DNA of 64,000 bases from an uncultured Opitutales bacterium (GCA_944389175.1 CALXLK010000005.1:10848-74847), one strand, 5' to 3'; counted from the stretch's first letter, positions 42,076 through 51,329 are shown. A program made the numbers and translations. The notes: generated by a model from the letters alone, not told the origin.

Positions 42076-42561
42076 CTAAAGCGTGCAAATTGTCTTATAG
42101 GCGCGCCTCTTCGTGCGGAGTATCCGCTCGGCCTCCGGGAAATTTGCGCCCGATATGAGGCCATCATCTAGCAAATCCAGCAGCGGGGCAAGAACAAAAT
42201 CGCGCTCCGACCACCCCGCATGCGGTATTACCAGTCTCTGGGAAATGCAATCGCCGCCCTCGTAAAAGATTATGTCAACGTCTATGGGGCGCGGGGCGTT
42301 TCTAAAAGAGGGCACACGCCCCATCTCTTTTTCCACCTGCTTGCAGATATCAAGCAGATCCAAAGGTTCGACTTCGGCGGAAACAGCCAAAGCCGAATTG
42401 TAAAAATCGGGCTGGTCCAAATAGAAGGCCGGCGGCGTTTTATACACGCCTGCGCATCCTAAAATCGGGAATCGCTCTGATAAAAGACTCTTGGCGCGCC
42501 GCAGATTTCCAATGCAGTCGCCGACATTCGAGCCCAGGGCCAGAATCGCCGTTCCCCTCAT
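42076..42561 (-). CDS. folK: 2-amino-4-hydroxy-6-hydroxymethyldihydropteridine diphosphokinase
   Basis: HPPK pattern AILALGSNVGD...R.IDVDII...LVIPH. Confidence 0.9.
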   Translation of the reverse strand: MRGTAILALGSNVGDCIGNLRRAKSLLSERFPILGCAGVYKTPPAFYLDQPDFYNSALAVSAEVEPLDLLDICKQVEKEMGRVPSFRNAPRPIDVDIIFYEGGDCISQRLVIPHAGWSERDFVLAPLLDLLDDGLISGANFPEAERILRTKRRAYKTICTL

Positions 42562-42569
42562 AAGCGCCC

Positions 42570-42947
42570 CTATCCCTTTATGTAGTCTTCGCGCCTTCTG
42601 TGTATTTTCACCGATATGCGCGAAAACCTATAACCCACGTCAACGTTCTTTTTAACGACCTCTATTTCGGCCTCCCTGAGCAATTCAAAGCGCACGAAGA
42701 GCCTTTCGGCTATAATGTCGGCAAGTTTCTCAATTAGCCTGACGCTCTCGCCCTCCAAAACTCCCTCGGCTATTGCCATAGCCTTGGGATAATCTATGGT
42801 ATCCTCGAGCGAATCGGTCTTTGCGGCGCGGCTTGTATCGAGAAAAAGACGCATCGACACCTCAAAATCCCTCCACTCGTCGCGCTCGGCCGCAAAACAG
42901 CCGTGCTTTCCCTGGAGCTGAAGCCCCTCTATAAAAATTTCGTCCAT
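42570..42947 (-). CDS. folB: dihydroneopterin aldolase
   Basis: 125 aa. Begins with the FolB-type pattern IFIEGLQLQGKHGCF..ER, followed by DTIDY. Position between folP and folK. Confidence 0.85.
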   Translation of the reverse strand: MDEIFIEGLQLQGKHGCFAAERDEWRDFEVSMRLFLDTSRAAKTDSLEDTIDYPKAMAIAEGVLEGESVRLIEKLADIIAERLFVRFELLREAEIEVVKKNVDVGYRFSRISVKIHRRREDYIKG

Positions 42948-42948
42948 A

Positions 42949-43782
42949 TTACAAAAGTTTCAAAATAGTTTTCATTGCCGCGATGTTTGCCGCGACGTTG
43001 TGCACGCGCAAAATCTGGGCAGATTTAAAGTACGCGCAATACGCCGATACGGCGCAGGTTGCCGCGTCGAGCTCCTCTATGGAAGGCCCGGCAACACCAT
43101 AAAAAAGCGACTTGCGCGATACTCCAAGCAATACCGCGCATCCGAATTCTTCCATGAGCGGAAGATTTTTTACAAGCTCAAAATTTTGTTCCCGGGTCTT
43201 TCCGAACCCCACTCCGGGATCGAGAATTATGTTGTCCTTTTGCATGCCCTCGCCGAGAGCCTCATTTAGACGGCTCTCCATACCGCCTAGGAAAAAATCC
43301 ATAAAATTCCCGAGACAAATTTCACCCCTGCAAGAGTGCGTGAGCACAAGCGGCGCCCCCAGATGCGCGGCGACGCGCGCCATCGGATAGCCGCCTGCAT
43401 CGCGGTATGCGTAGACGTCGTTTATTATGTCGGCGCCCTCTTCCACCGCTATTTGGGCAACCTCCGGCTTATATGTGTCCACGGATATGGGCATCTCGGG
43501 GAAATGGGCGCGCACAGACTTCAACTTGGGTATAAGAATTCCAAGCTCTTCATCCAAAGAAACGGGCTGCGCGCCCGGGCGCGTGGATTCAGCGCCGATG
43601 TCGATTATGTCGGCGCCCTGCTCGGCCATTTCCCCAGCGCGGGCGAGCGCCTCGGCGTCGCCCGAGTAGAGGCCGCCGTCGCTAAACGAGCCGCTCCCGA
43701 CATTGAGCACTCCCATAACAAGGGGCATCGCCTCCGGCGAAGGCAACTCCCTACCGTGGGGACTTTTCCATTTCATCAGCAT
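42949..43782 (-). CDS. folP: dihydropteroate synthase
   Basis: VMGVLNVGSGSFSDGG and DIGAESTRPG motifs. The start is uncertain (43782, 43776 or 43728). The first two overlap the upstream TPR gene. Confidence 0.9.
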   Translation of the reverse strand: MLMKWKSPHGRELPSPEAMPLVMGVLNVGSGSFSDGGLYSGDAEALARAGEMAEQGADIIDIGAESTRPGAQPVSLDEELGILIPKLKSVRAHFPEMPISVDTYKPEVAQIAVEEGADIINDVYAYRDAGGYPMARVAAHLGAPLVLTHSCRGEICLGNFMDFFLGGMESRLNEALGEGMQKDNIILDPGVGFGKTREQNFELVKNLPLMEEFGCAVLLGVSRKSLFYGVAGPSIEELDAATCAVSAYCAYFKSAQILRVHNVAANIAAMKTILKLL

Positions 43783-45007
43783 ACTCTCTCAATTTTTTTC
43801 CCACCTTTTCGATTTCGCGCGACGGGTATTTTTGCGCTATCTCCTCCGCATACGCCACAGCCTGCGCATAGCTCTTGCGCGCCACGGCCGAACGCAATAG
43901 GCCGTACAAGGCCGTCTTCTCCCGCGAAGGGTCGGCGCGCAGGCGCGCAAACATGGCCGCGCTTGAAACGTAGTCTTTAAGGCTAAAATACACCTCGGCC
44001 AGTTCCGCCGTCACGAGCATATCCGTCTTGTTCTTTTTAAGGTAGGATTCCAACTTTTCCTTTGCCTCCCAGTTCTTCGAGGCTCTGGCGGCCGCCAATC
44101 CCGACACCCTGAGGCGCAGGGGCTCGTCTGCAATTTTCGATGCGGCGATCCGGGCGGTTTGAAAATCTCCGGCGTTTAGCGACGCAAATGCCGCATTTGC
44201 AAGCTTTGTATCGCTAAACGGAGCCCTCGCATACAAATCTACGGCTTTTGCGCGCGCGCCGATAGAGAGGTAGAGATCCCCCATTAAAAACAAATCCGAC
44301 CTCTCAAGCGTATCTAAGGCCCCGAACATCTCCATGTACGAGAGCGCTCCGGGCTTGTCGCCGAGCTCTACTGCGCACATGGCGCATATTTTAAGGAATC
44401 TGCTCTGCCCTGTCTTTTCAAACGCCGCAAACGCCGCGGATATGGCGCTTGAAAACATGCCAGTTTTTGAAAGGAAAAGGCTTTGCGCGTACATCAAATC
44501 GGCATTGTCGGGCTGGTAGATGAGCGCCTGAGCGCACATGGCAAGCGCCGCCGTATAATCGCCATTGCCGGCACTATTGTCCGCCAGCCACATCAGGCAT
44601 TGCACGTCGGAATTGCCCGAAATTGCAAGGGCCTTCAAAAACGCCCGGCGCGCCTCGGGAAGTTTAGATTGGGCGGCGAGGGCGTAGCCTAAATTCTTAT
44701 AGCAGGCAAAAAACTTTTGTTTTTCGAGCGCTTTTTTGTAATGCTGCTCCGCCTCCGAGTAGCGGCCGCCCTTGTAGGAAATATTGCCCAAATTAAACAA
44801 AAGCGGCGCACCCGCCCAGCTCTTTGACGAATGTTCCGACAACAAAGCATAGGCTTTTTTATCGTCGTTAAGCTTCTGCGCCTCCGATATTATCTCAGCC
44901 TCATACTTGTTCATCGTCGGCTTTTCCAGAAGCTCCCCGACGACGCCCTGTCCGAAACACGGCGGCAACGTAAACAATGCTGCTATTATGCAAAGTAGGT
45001 ATTTCAT
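43751..45007 (-). CDS. secreted TPR-repeat protein (TtpD-like position in a TonB2-type cluster)
   Basis: Signal peptide plus multiple TPR-like helical repeats (A..Y.KAL...P....A). 4-nt overlap with the upstream tonB. Confidence 0.72.
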   Translation of the reverse strand: MKYLLCIIAALFTLPPCFGQGVVGELLEKPTMNKYEAEIISEAQKLNDDKKAYALLSEHSSKSWAGAPLLFNLGNISYKGGRYSEAEQHYKKALEKQKFFACYKNLGYALAAQSKLPEARRAFLKALAISGNSDVQCLMWLADNSAGNGDYTAALAMCAQALIYQPDNADLMYAQSLFLSKTGMFSSAISAAFAAFEKTGQSRFLKICAMCAVELGDKPGALSYMEMFGALDTLERSDLFLMGDLYLSIGARAKAVDLYARAPFSDTKLANAAFASLNAGDFQTARIAASKIADEPLRLRVSGLAAARASKNWEAKEKLESYLKKNKTDMLVTAELAEVYFSLKDYVSSAAMFARLRADPSREKTALYGLLRSAVARKSYAQAVAYAEEIAQKYPSREIEKVGKKLREYADEMEKSPR

Positions 45008-45669
45008 CTTACAATTCTAAACGGTATTGGCAAAACAAAGCGCGCCTTGACTGTCTTGCCGTTTTTCGTAGGCGGTTCGTAAACGAAGCGCGAAGCCGCC
45101 TCGACGGCGCTGTCCCTGAAAAATTTGTTCGTGGCCTTTATTACCTTTTCCACGACTATCGAGCCCGACGTGTCTATTACCACGAGCAAATCCACCTCTC
45201 CCTCGACTCCCCTCTTGAGCATTTGCCTCGGATATTCGACGCGCGCGTTGTCGAGCCTCTTGGGAACCTTGTCAAGCATGTCGATGTCGAAAATTTCCAC
45301 GTCCATATCCTCGCCCGACGGCGCCGAAAACGCCGCAAACGAAAATTCGTCAATTTTCCCCTGGGATGAGCTCAGCGAGTATTCCGGGATTGAAAAGTCG
45401 GAGGCCGAATGGGCGGGTATATCCACAGGCAACGCCTCCGAAGCGGCTCCATATACTGCCTTCAACTCGGTCTCTGCGGGCTTTTTGCTCTCTCTTTTTG
45501 GCTGGTTTTGCCGCTTTGGCTCAAGGCTCTTTAACTGAAAGAGCTCAACTTCCGGGCGCGATACGGAAAGCGAATAGGCCTGCAAAATAAACAGCGCCGC
45601 AACCGCCGCGACCGCAAGCCCGGCGCGCGCGCACTTCGATGAAAAAACAATTTCCGACAACGGCCTCAT
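45004..45669 (-). CDS. tonB: TonB-family energy transducer
   Basis: N-terminal TM anchor, a Pro/Lys/Glu-rich spacer, and a C-terminal TonB domain VEYPRQMLKRGVEGEVDLLVVIDTSGSIV...FVYEPPTKNGKTV. Confidence 0.78.
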   Translation of the reverse strand: MRPLSEIVFSSKCARAGLAVAAVAALFILQAYSLSVSRPEVELFQLKSLEPKRQNQPKRESKKPAETELKAVYGAASEALPVDIPAHSASDFSIPEYSLSSSQGKIDEFSFAAFSAPSGEDMDVEIFDIDMLDKVPKRLDNARVEYPRQMLKRGVEGEVDLLVVIDTSGSIVVEKVIKATNKFFRDSAVEAASRFVYEPPTKNGKTVKARFVLPIPFRIVR

Positions 45670-46064
45670 TTTTTCACAGTCGCCACGAATACGGATTTAA
45701 CGCCCGCAGATTTAACCTCGTCAAAAACCGAGACGAGCAGATCCGCGCGCGTGGACTTGTCGGCGTAGACCACCACTTTTGACGGCTTCATGCGCGCAAT
45801 CTTTAACGATAGCGCCGAAATCGGGCAAGGCTGCCCGCCGACGTATATTTTGCCGCCGCCGTCTATCTCGACCGTGGCCGAATCGGCAGGCAAAGCGCCC
45901 GAATTATCGGCAGAAGGCACGTCCAAATCGAGGGCGTTTTTGTTGGAAAAAGACATAGTAACTATGAAGAATATCAGCAGTATGAATATGACGTCTATAA
46001 GCGGCGAAATATTTATTTCGGCCGACGCGCCTTCATCGTTAAAATCTTTGTCAAACTTTCTCAT
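45666..46064 (-). CDS. exbD: ExbD/TolR-family biopolymer transport protein
   Basis: INISPLIDVIFILLIFFIV TM with the conserved Asp, then a periplasmic domain. 132 aa. Confidence 0.88.
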   Translation of the reverse strand: MRKFDKDFNDEGASAEINISPLIDVIFILLIFFIVTMSFSNKNALDLDVPSADNSGALPADSATVEIDGGGKIYVGGQPCPISALSLKIARMKPSKVVVYADKSTRADLLVSVFDEVKSAGVKSVFVATVKK

Positions 46065-46483
46065 CGGGCAGTCTCGGAAGCGTTAAATTCAATTTCCAGC
46101 GTTTTGATTTTCGAGGCGATAACAATGGCTGCAATCCATTCGGGTATGGCCAACACAAGCCCCGTCTGCGTGGTTAAAAGCGCGCACGAAATGCCCTCGG
46201 CTACGGCCTGGGCGCTTCCCGAGGCCCCCACGCACTCGCCGATGCCCACGACCGTTCCAAGCAACCCCAACATGGGGGACGCTCCGGCGAGCACTTTGAG
46301 CGTAAACACATCTCTGCGGGCCCTTGCAAACGCCTCGGCTGACGGGCTCCTTGCAAGCACTTTAAGCGTCCAAACGCACGAAAAGACCATGTAAAAAGCG
46401 CACAGCGAAGCCAGCGCCAACGCCGACATTAAAATCGGCGCAGACTCAAATATCGAAACTATGGCCCCGCTTATCGACTCCAT
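46061..46483 (-). CDS. exbB: short MotA/TolQ/ExbB-family proton channel protein
   Basis: Family signature SPMLGLLGTVVGI and ALLTTQTGLVLAIP. 140 aa. Confidence 0.8.
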   Translation of the reverse strand: MESISGAIVSIFESAPILMSALALASLCAFYMVFSCVWTLKVLARSPSAEAFARARRDVFTLKVLAGASPMLGLLGTVVGIGECVGASGSAQAVAEGISCALLTTQTGLVLAIPEWIAAIVIASKIKTLEIEFNASETAR

Positions 46484-47688
46484 TATTTTCCGCCCCCGAT
46501 TCTAATCCGCGCAAACTCCCTCAAAGGCGAGATCCTGTTGCCTGCCATTCCCGAAAGCAGAGCCGCCAATATCAGAGCCGGTATTGCCACAATCAAGCCA
46601 TACTCGGTAGTTATCAGCGCCTCGGCGATTCCGTCGCTTATCCTGCGGGATTGGTCTGCAGCCGCGGATAAATCCGCAAAGGTCTTGATGATACCGCTTA
46701 CGGTACCAAGCAGCCCGAATAGCGGAGCCACCGCCGCCGTGATGCTTAGCAGGCTTATTCCATATTTTAGGCTGGCTGACGCCCTCGATATCTCGACAAA
46801 CGCCGCGTCCTCCTTTTCTTGGGACCCGTCTGCGGCGTCGATTGCCGAGGCAAGGCTATCGAAAGGCTTTGCAAGAGATCCGTCCTTCAGATACGCAGAT
46901 CTCGGAAACAATGCAATCTGAACGAATTTAACGATCGCTGCAACCAGGGAGAGAGCACCGAGAATTAGAATCGGGACAAGCCACACCCCGCCCTTTTCAA
47001 TCTGCGTTAGTATGTCCATCTGCGACCTCTCCCTCAGAAGCAATTCGCCAAAGCTCGTATCCGCGGGAATCTTGCCCGACTTAGTTTTTGCAAACTCCTT
47101 TATCTGCGGCGCGTATTCCTCGCCGTAGAGGGCATTGTCTGCGCCCAAAAAGCCGGCGCGGTCCTCCGATACAAAATAGCGAAGGGCTCCGACCCTAAAC
47201 GAACGCCCGTAGAGCTTTTGGGAATCCCTTACCGCCGTCGCCGCAACAGGAACCTCCGAAAGGGGGTTCTTAAGCCCGTCAAAATACTCGTTCAAATTTT
47301 TCTTGAAAGCGTAGAATATCTCCGAGGCCGAAACGGCGGGTTCGGCGGCGGCCGGGAAAGCCCTGGCAAATTCAAGCGAGAGCTCGGCGCATACGGCCTT
47401 GCCCTGCGATACCTCGGCCGAGAGGTTTTCCAATCGCAGAGCCTCCCGTTTCTGGGCGTCGAGCTTCTTTTCAACCTCGTTTATTTTCGCGCAGAGGCTC
47501 TCGAACTCGGCCGTCTTCTGGGCGTTGAGCTTTTCCGCGTTGTCGAGCGCCTGTGCATATTCCTTGCGCGCGCTTTCAAGCTGCGCTTCGGCGGCGGGCA
47601 AAAGCGCCTGGGAAGCGTCGGCCCGGGATATTTTTGCGACTATCCAGCACACTAGCGCGGCGGCTATTAACATCAAAATGCGCATCAT
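46483..47688 (-). CDS. large MotA/TolQ/ExbB-family protein with N-terminal periplasmic coiled-coil domain (TtpC-like)
   Basis: Signal/TM, about 200 aa of coiled-coil-rich periplasmic region, and a C-terminal channel domain with APLFGLLGTVSGII and ALITTEYGLIVAIP. Confidence 0.75.
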   Translation of the reverse strand: MMRILMLIAAALVCWIVAKISRADASQALLPAAEAQLESARKEYAQALDNAEKLNAQKTAEFESLCAKINEVEKKLDAQKREALRLENLSAEVSQGKAVCAELSLEFARAFPAAAEPAVSASEIFYAFKKNLNEYFDGLKNPLSEVPVAATAVRDSQKLYGRSFRVGALRYFVSEDRAGFLGADNALYGEEYAPQIKEFAKTKSGKIPADTSFGELLLRERSQMDILTQIEKGGVWLVPILILGALSLVAAIVKFVQIALFPRSAYLKDGSLAKPFDSLASAIDAADGSQEKEDAAFVEISRASASLKYGISLLSITAAVAPLFGLLGTVSGIIKTFADLSAAADQSRRISDGIAEALITTEYGLIVAIPALILAALLSGMAGNRISPLREFARIRIGGGK

Positions 47689-48266
47689 TTTAAACCTCCC
47701 TTCCCCGAAACCTCAAGCACGGAGACCTCCCCTTTGACCGGGCCGCGGGCGCGCACAAAAACACCCGTGCAGAATTCGCCGTTTTCAAGCACGCGCGCCT
47801 GGCAATCGCAGTCCTTTAGACTCTGCAGCAGAGCCAGCACCGCGCGCAGTTTTTCCGGCAGCAGCTTGCCGTCGAGATTTTTTGCGGGCTCTTTACCCGC
47901 AGGGAAAGTTCCTGAGGGTACTTCCGAGAGGATGCGGGCGTAAAAGCCGTCGAGAAAGCGCGAAAACGCCGCCAAAGCGTCGGCGTCACGCGCGAGAGCG
48001 CGGCTAGTTTGTTTGAGAGCCTCCCTGCGTTCATCGTTCGCCTTTTTTAGGGCCTCCAGGTCGGTTTCGAGCGCGGCCAAATGCGCCCGCGCGGCTCCTA
48101 TTAGGCGGTCCAGGTTCGCAGCCTGCTCCGCGCCAAGGGCAGATGTCTTTGCCGTCAGCTGGCAAATCCTCACCGACTCCCTAAAGGCCTCGCGCGCCTG
48201 CGAAGCCTCCGAGGCGACCGCCAAATGCCCCAGCGCCAAAATTGCACACAAAATTAAAATTCTCAT
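47685..48266 (-). CDS. secreted coiled-coil protein (DUF3450/TtpB-like by position)
   Basis: Signal peptide and Ala/Leu/Glu-rich heptad-like segments. 4-nt overlaps with both neighbours. The family assignment rests on synteny only. Confidence 0.5.
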   Translation of the reverse strand: MRILILCAILALGHLAVASEASQAREAFRESVRICQLTAKTSALGAEQAANLDRLIGAARAHLAALETDLEALKKANDERREALKQTSRALARDADALAAFSRFLDGFYARILSEVPSGTFPAGKEPAKNLDGKLLPEKLRAVLALLQSLKDCDCQARVLENGEFCTGVFVRARGPVKGEVSVLEVSGKGGLK

Positions 48267-49654
48267 TTTTTTACGTTTATTTTTACAAGTTTAGTTCCTT
48301 CCGGGGCTTCGGCCAATATGACAAGCTGGCGCGCGTCGGCACCCAGATTGTCAATCAACTTTACGGCTTCCTCAAAAGAGCCCACGTGTTGCGAATTTAT
48401 TTCCCTTATGAGATCTCCGTCGGCCAAAGTCGAAGAAGCCGCACCCTCGCGCTTGTTCAGCTCCGGCCCGACATAGTCGACCACGCATCCCTTCGGCGAA
48501 GCGTCCATTGCGCCCAAGCGCTCGGAATCGTCCATTAGCATCTCGCGCACGGCAAAGCCGAGGTTTTTGTAGTATTTGGCCTTACATTGCCTGTAAGTCT
48601 TGGGCCTGGGGCCGACGAATACCTCCACGTCTTTTTTCTCGGCCCCGTCAAATATTTTCAATCTCAGCGGCTCCCCGATTCTCTTCGAATCTATCGCCGC
48701 GGAAAAAGCGTCCAAAGTCTGCTGCGCCATCGGGCTGTTGGGGATATTCTTTCCGTCCACCTCGAGCACTATGTCGCCCTGTTTGAGCCCGGCGCGCTCG
48801 GCCGGGGAATTTTTGAGAACATCGCCGATTGTCAGAGCCGCGGAATCCCCCAAACCCATGAGGCGCGCCGCGCCCCTGTCCATTATGCCTACATTGTAAA
48901 CGCCAATCCAGCAGGATTTCGACTCCTCGGGACTCTTCGGCGCCCGCCGCACAGCCGCCGCCACAGACTCTGCAGAAAGTACGATATTTGGGATGTCATA
49001 CATCTCCAGAGGGATTTTTTCCGTATCGCCTCCCTGCGAAACGAGTACTGTCCGCGCCGACGAATCCGCCGTTATGCCGGCAAAGGCTCCTGATTTGTCA
49101 AAGACGGGCTCGCCCATTCTCGATACTCCCGAGCATAAGATATGGCGCCTGTTGACCCCGTCGAAGCTAATCGAAACTTTAGAAGAGTAAAATTCGGCGA
49201 CATGACAATTGGACGCCTCCGCAAGCGCCGCCCCCCAAACGTCGTCGGCCACATTCAGCTTTTCCCTGCGCGGCAGATCGCCCACGGGGAAGAGCTCCTT
49301 TGCGGGGTTGTCCAATTTTAGGAAGCCCAGTCCGGAAATTTCATCAAAGCCCAAAAAGCGGGCCTTTAGGCCGAGCTCGTCGCCGCCTTTAAAAAATACG
49401 CGGAAATCTCTGATATCGGCAAAGCGCATGCGCATGGGAATGTCGCTATAGCAAAAGATTGCAAGCCCGTCGGAACTCCAAAAAGTGCCCCTGAGAAATA
49501 TTTTAGATTCGCCGTCGTAGCCCGAGTGCTTAAAGGTAATGGCTAGGCACGAGGTGCTGCGCTGCCGGAATAATTCGGGCAAATTCTCCGCGCATAGCAC
49601 CCCCGCGCGGCAACAGATAAAGACTAAAAATAAGGCCAGAGCTCTGTACAGCAT
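48263..49654 (-). CDS. secreted HtrA-like protein with two PDZ domains and an apparently degenerate protease domain
   Basis: Start moved to ATG 49654 (MLYRALALFLVFICC..., a signal peptide), which overlaps the pepP stop by 1 nt (TAATG). PDZ motifs LKNSPAERAGLKQGDIVLEVDG and LADGDLIREINS. No GNSGG-type catalytic Ser motif is visible. Confidence 0.7.
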   Translation of the reverse strand: MLYRALALFLVFICCRAGVLCAENLPELFRQRSTSCLAITFKHSGYDGESKIFLRGTFWSSDGLAIFCYSDIPMRMRFADIRDFRVFFKGGDELGLKARFLGFDEISGLGFLKLDNPAKELFPVGDLPRREKLNVADDVWGAALAEASNCHVAEFYSSKVSISFDGVNRRHILCSGVSRMGEPVFDKSGAFAGITADSSARTVLVSQGGDTEKIPLEMYDIPNIVLSAESVAAAVRRAPKSPEESKSCWIGVYNVGIMDRGAARLMGLGDSAALTIGDVLKNSPAERAGLKQGDIVLEVDGKNIPNSPMAQQTLDAFSAAIDSKRIGEPLRLKIFDGAEKKDVEVFVGPRPKTYRQCKAKYYKNLGFAVREMLMDDSERLGAMDASPKGCVVDYVGPELNKREGAASSTLADGDLIREINSQHVGSFEEAVKLIDNLGADARQLVILAEAPEGTKLVKINVKK

Positions 49655-50772
49655 TATTCGATAACCCAGTTGTAGTGATATTTCGAGAGCATGCGCGCCC
49701 CGCCCTGCTCGACGAGGACATTGTCCTCTATTCTGCAGCCGCCTATTTCCCTGTAATACAGGCCGGGTTCCACAGTTACTACGTTGCCGCTTTCGAGAAT
49801 GCACCTGCGGGTACCAAGCGACGGCCCCTCATGAACCTCCAAGCCCAGTCCGTGCCCTGTCGAGTGGAAAAATCCCCCCCAGTGTCCCCTGGAAAATTTC
49901 GTCTTAAAGCCGTCGGCCTCGAAAGAGTCAACCACCGCCGAATGGACCTTAGCCCCGTCAACGCCCTCGGCTATCATATCAAGCGCCCTAGACTGCGCCC
50001 TCAGAACCGATTCCACGAGCCTTATCTGTTTTTGGTTGGGCGTCCCCTTCAAAAACGTGCGCGTCATGTCGCCGAAGTAGCCCGACGAGCGCAGGCGCGG
50101 GAAAATATCGAATACTATTAGCGAATTGGGCTTGACCGGCCCGCTGCCGGCCTCGTGCGGATCGCAGGCCTGAATGCCGGAGGCGGCAATTGTATCGAGG
50201 GCGTCGGCGCCCAGCGATATGGACAACTTCTCTATCTCGGTGCGGAGAAATTCGCTGGTGAGAATCTCCCCCTGGTATATCAGGCGGTCTCCGCGAATCT
50301 CGCTGGAGCGCAAAATTTCCTCGGCCAGGCAAAAGCAGGCGGAGGCCACGTCGTTTGCCTTGGCTATTTCAGCCTGCTCAAAGGCGCTTTTTCTTTCCCT
50401 CTCCGGGAATATTTGAGACTGGCATATTTCTATGTCGAAGCCCTCCTCGAGAAAATTCTCCAACATCGCCGCGGGAAAATCTTTCGGAACGGCAAATGAG
50501 CGTATGCGAGCCTTGCGCAAGATGTACACGGCGGCGTCAAAATACGATTTCTGGTGTTTGCCGGGCATGGCGGCGCAAACCTCGTTAAAGTCGAAAATTT
50601 CGTCGAGGGTCGACGTGCGGCGCGCGCGCCCTATTTCAAGCGGACTCAGAAGCGCGCATTTGCGGCCCTTTTTTGTAAAGAAAAAGTAGTCGTCATGAAT
50701 TGGCATTCCGCAAAAATAACGAATGTCGGCGCTATTTCTTGTGTTTCCGAATAAAAGTATCTGGTTTTTCAT
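49654..50772 (-). CDS. pepP: Xaa-Pro aminopeptidase/dipeptidase (M24B)
   Basis: M24 metal-ligand contexts FDIFPRLRSSGYFGDMTRT, HSTGHGLGLEVHE and CRIEDNVLV. Confidence 0.88.
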   Translation of the reverse strand: MKNQILLFGNTRNSADIRYFCGMPIHDDYFFFTKKGRKCALLSPLEIGRARRTSTLDEIFDFNEVCAAMPGKHQKSYFDAAVYILRKARIRSFAVPKDFPAAMLENFLEEGFDIEICQSQIFPERERKSAFEQAEIAKANDVASACFCLAEEILRSSEIRGDRLIYQGEILTSEFLRTEIEKLSISLGADALDTIAASGIQACDPHEAGSGPVKPNSLIVFDIFPRLRSSGYFGDMTRTFLKGTPNQKQIRLVESVLRAQSRALDMIAEGVDGAKVHSAVVDSFEADGFKTKFSRGHWGGFFHSTGHGLGLEVHEGPSLGTRRCILESGNVVTVEPGLYYREIGGCRIEDNVLVEQGGARMLSKYHYNWVIE

Positions 50773-50828
50773 ACGAAACTTTCAAAATTTATATTGCCTA
50801 ATCCGTTCCGATTTACAACATTAAACTA

Positions 50829-51329
50829 ATGTTTTTTGCACGTATAAAATCGATTGCGGCGCTGCTGTTTGGCGCTATGTGCATCTCGTGCGCGCCCAAA
50901 GAGGCGGCGGCGCCCTTTGACGCGGTGTTTGAGATTGGCCTCGGGGGGAAAAGCCTCGAATGCCAGATAGCCGTTTCGCCGTATGAAAAGGCGCGGGGGC
51001 TCATGTTTAGGGAATCTCTGGGCAAGAACGCGGCTATGGTGTTTGTCCTGGGCGCTCCGCAAAGGGCCTCGTTCTGGATGAAAAACACGCAGATTCCGCT
51101 GGATATCGCCTTTCTGGACAAAGACGGCCGCATAACCGAGATACGCAAAATGTACCCGTTTGACCTCAATGCGGTAAGCTCGGCGAGCGATAAAATCTGC
51201 TATTGCATAGAGACGAACCAAGGTTGGTTTGCCGACAATAAAATAACGGCGGGAGACGCCATCGACATGGACGCGTTCCTGTCCGCGCTGAAAAAGAGAA
51301 AACTCTGGAATGAAAAGGGTTCCAATTAG
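50829..51329 (+). CDS. DUF192 domain protein (lipoprotein-like signal)
   Basis: ARGLMFRESL...FWMKNTQIPLDIAFLDKDGRITEI matches the DUF192 (COG1430) core. N-terminal LFGAMCISC resembles a lipobox. Confidence 0.8.
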   Translation: MFFARIKSIAALLFGAMCISCAPKEAAAPFDAVFEIGLGGKSLECQIAVSPYEKARGLMFRESLGKNAAMVFVLGAPQRASFWMKNTQIPLDIAFLDKDGRITEIRKMYPFDLNAVSSASDKICYCIETNQGWFADNKITAGDAIDMDAFLSALKKRKLWNEKGSN

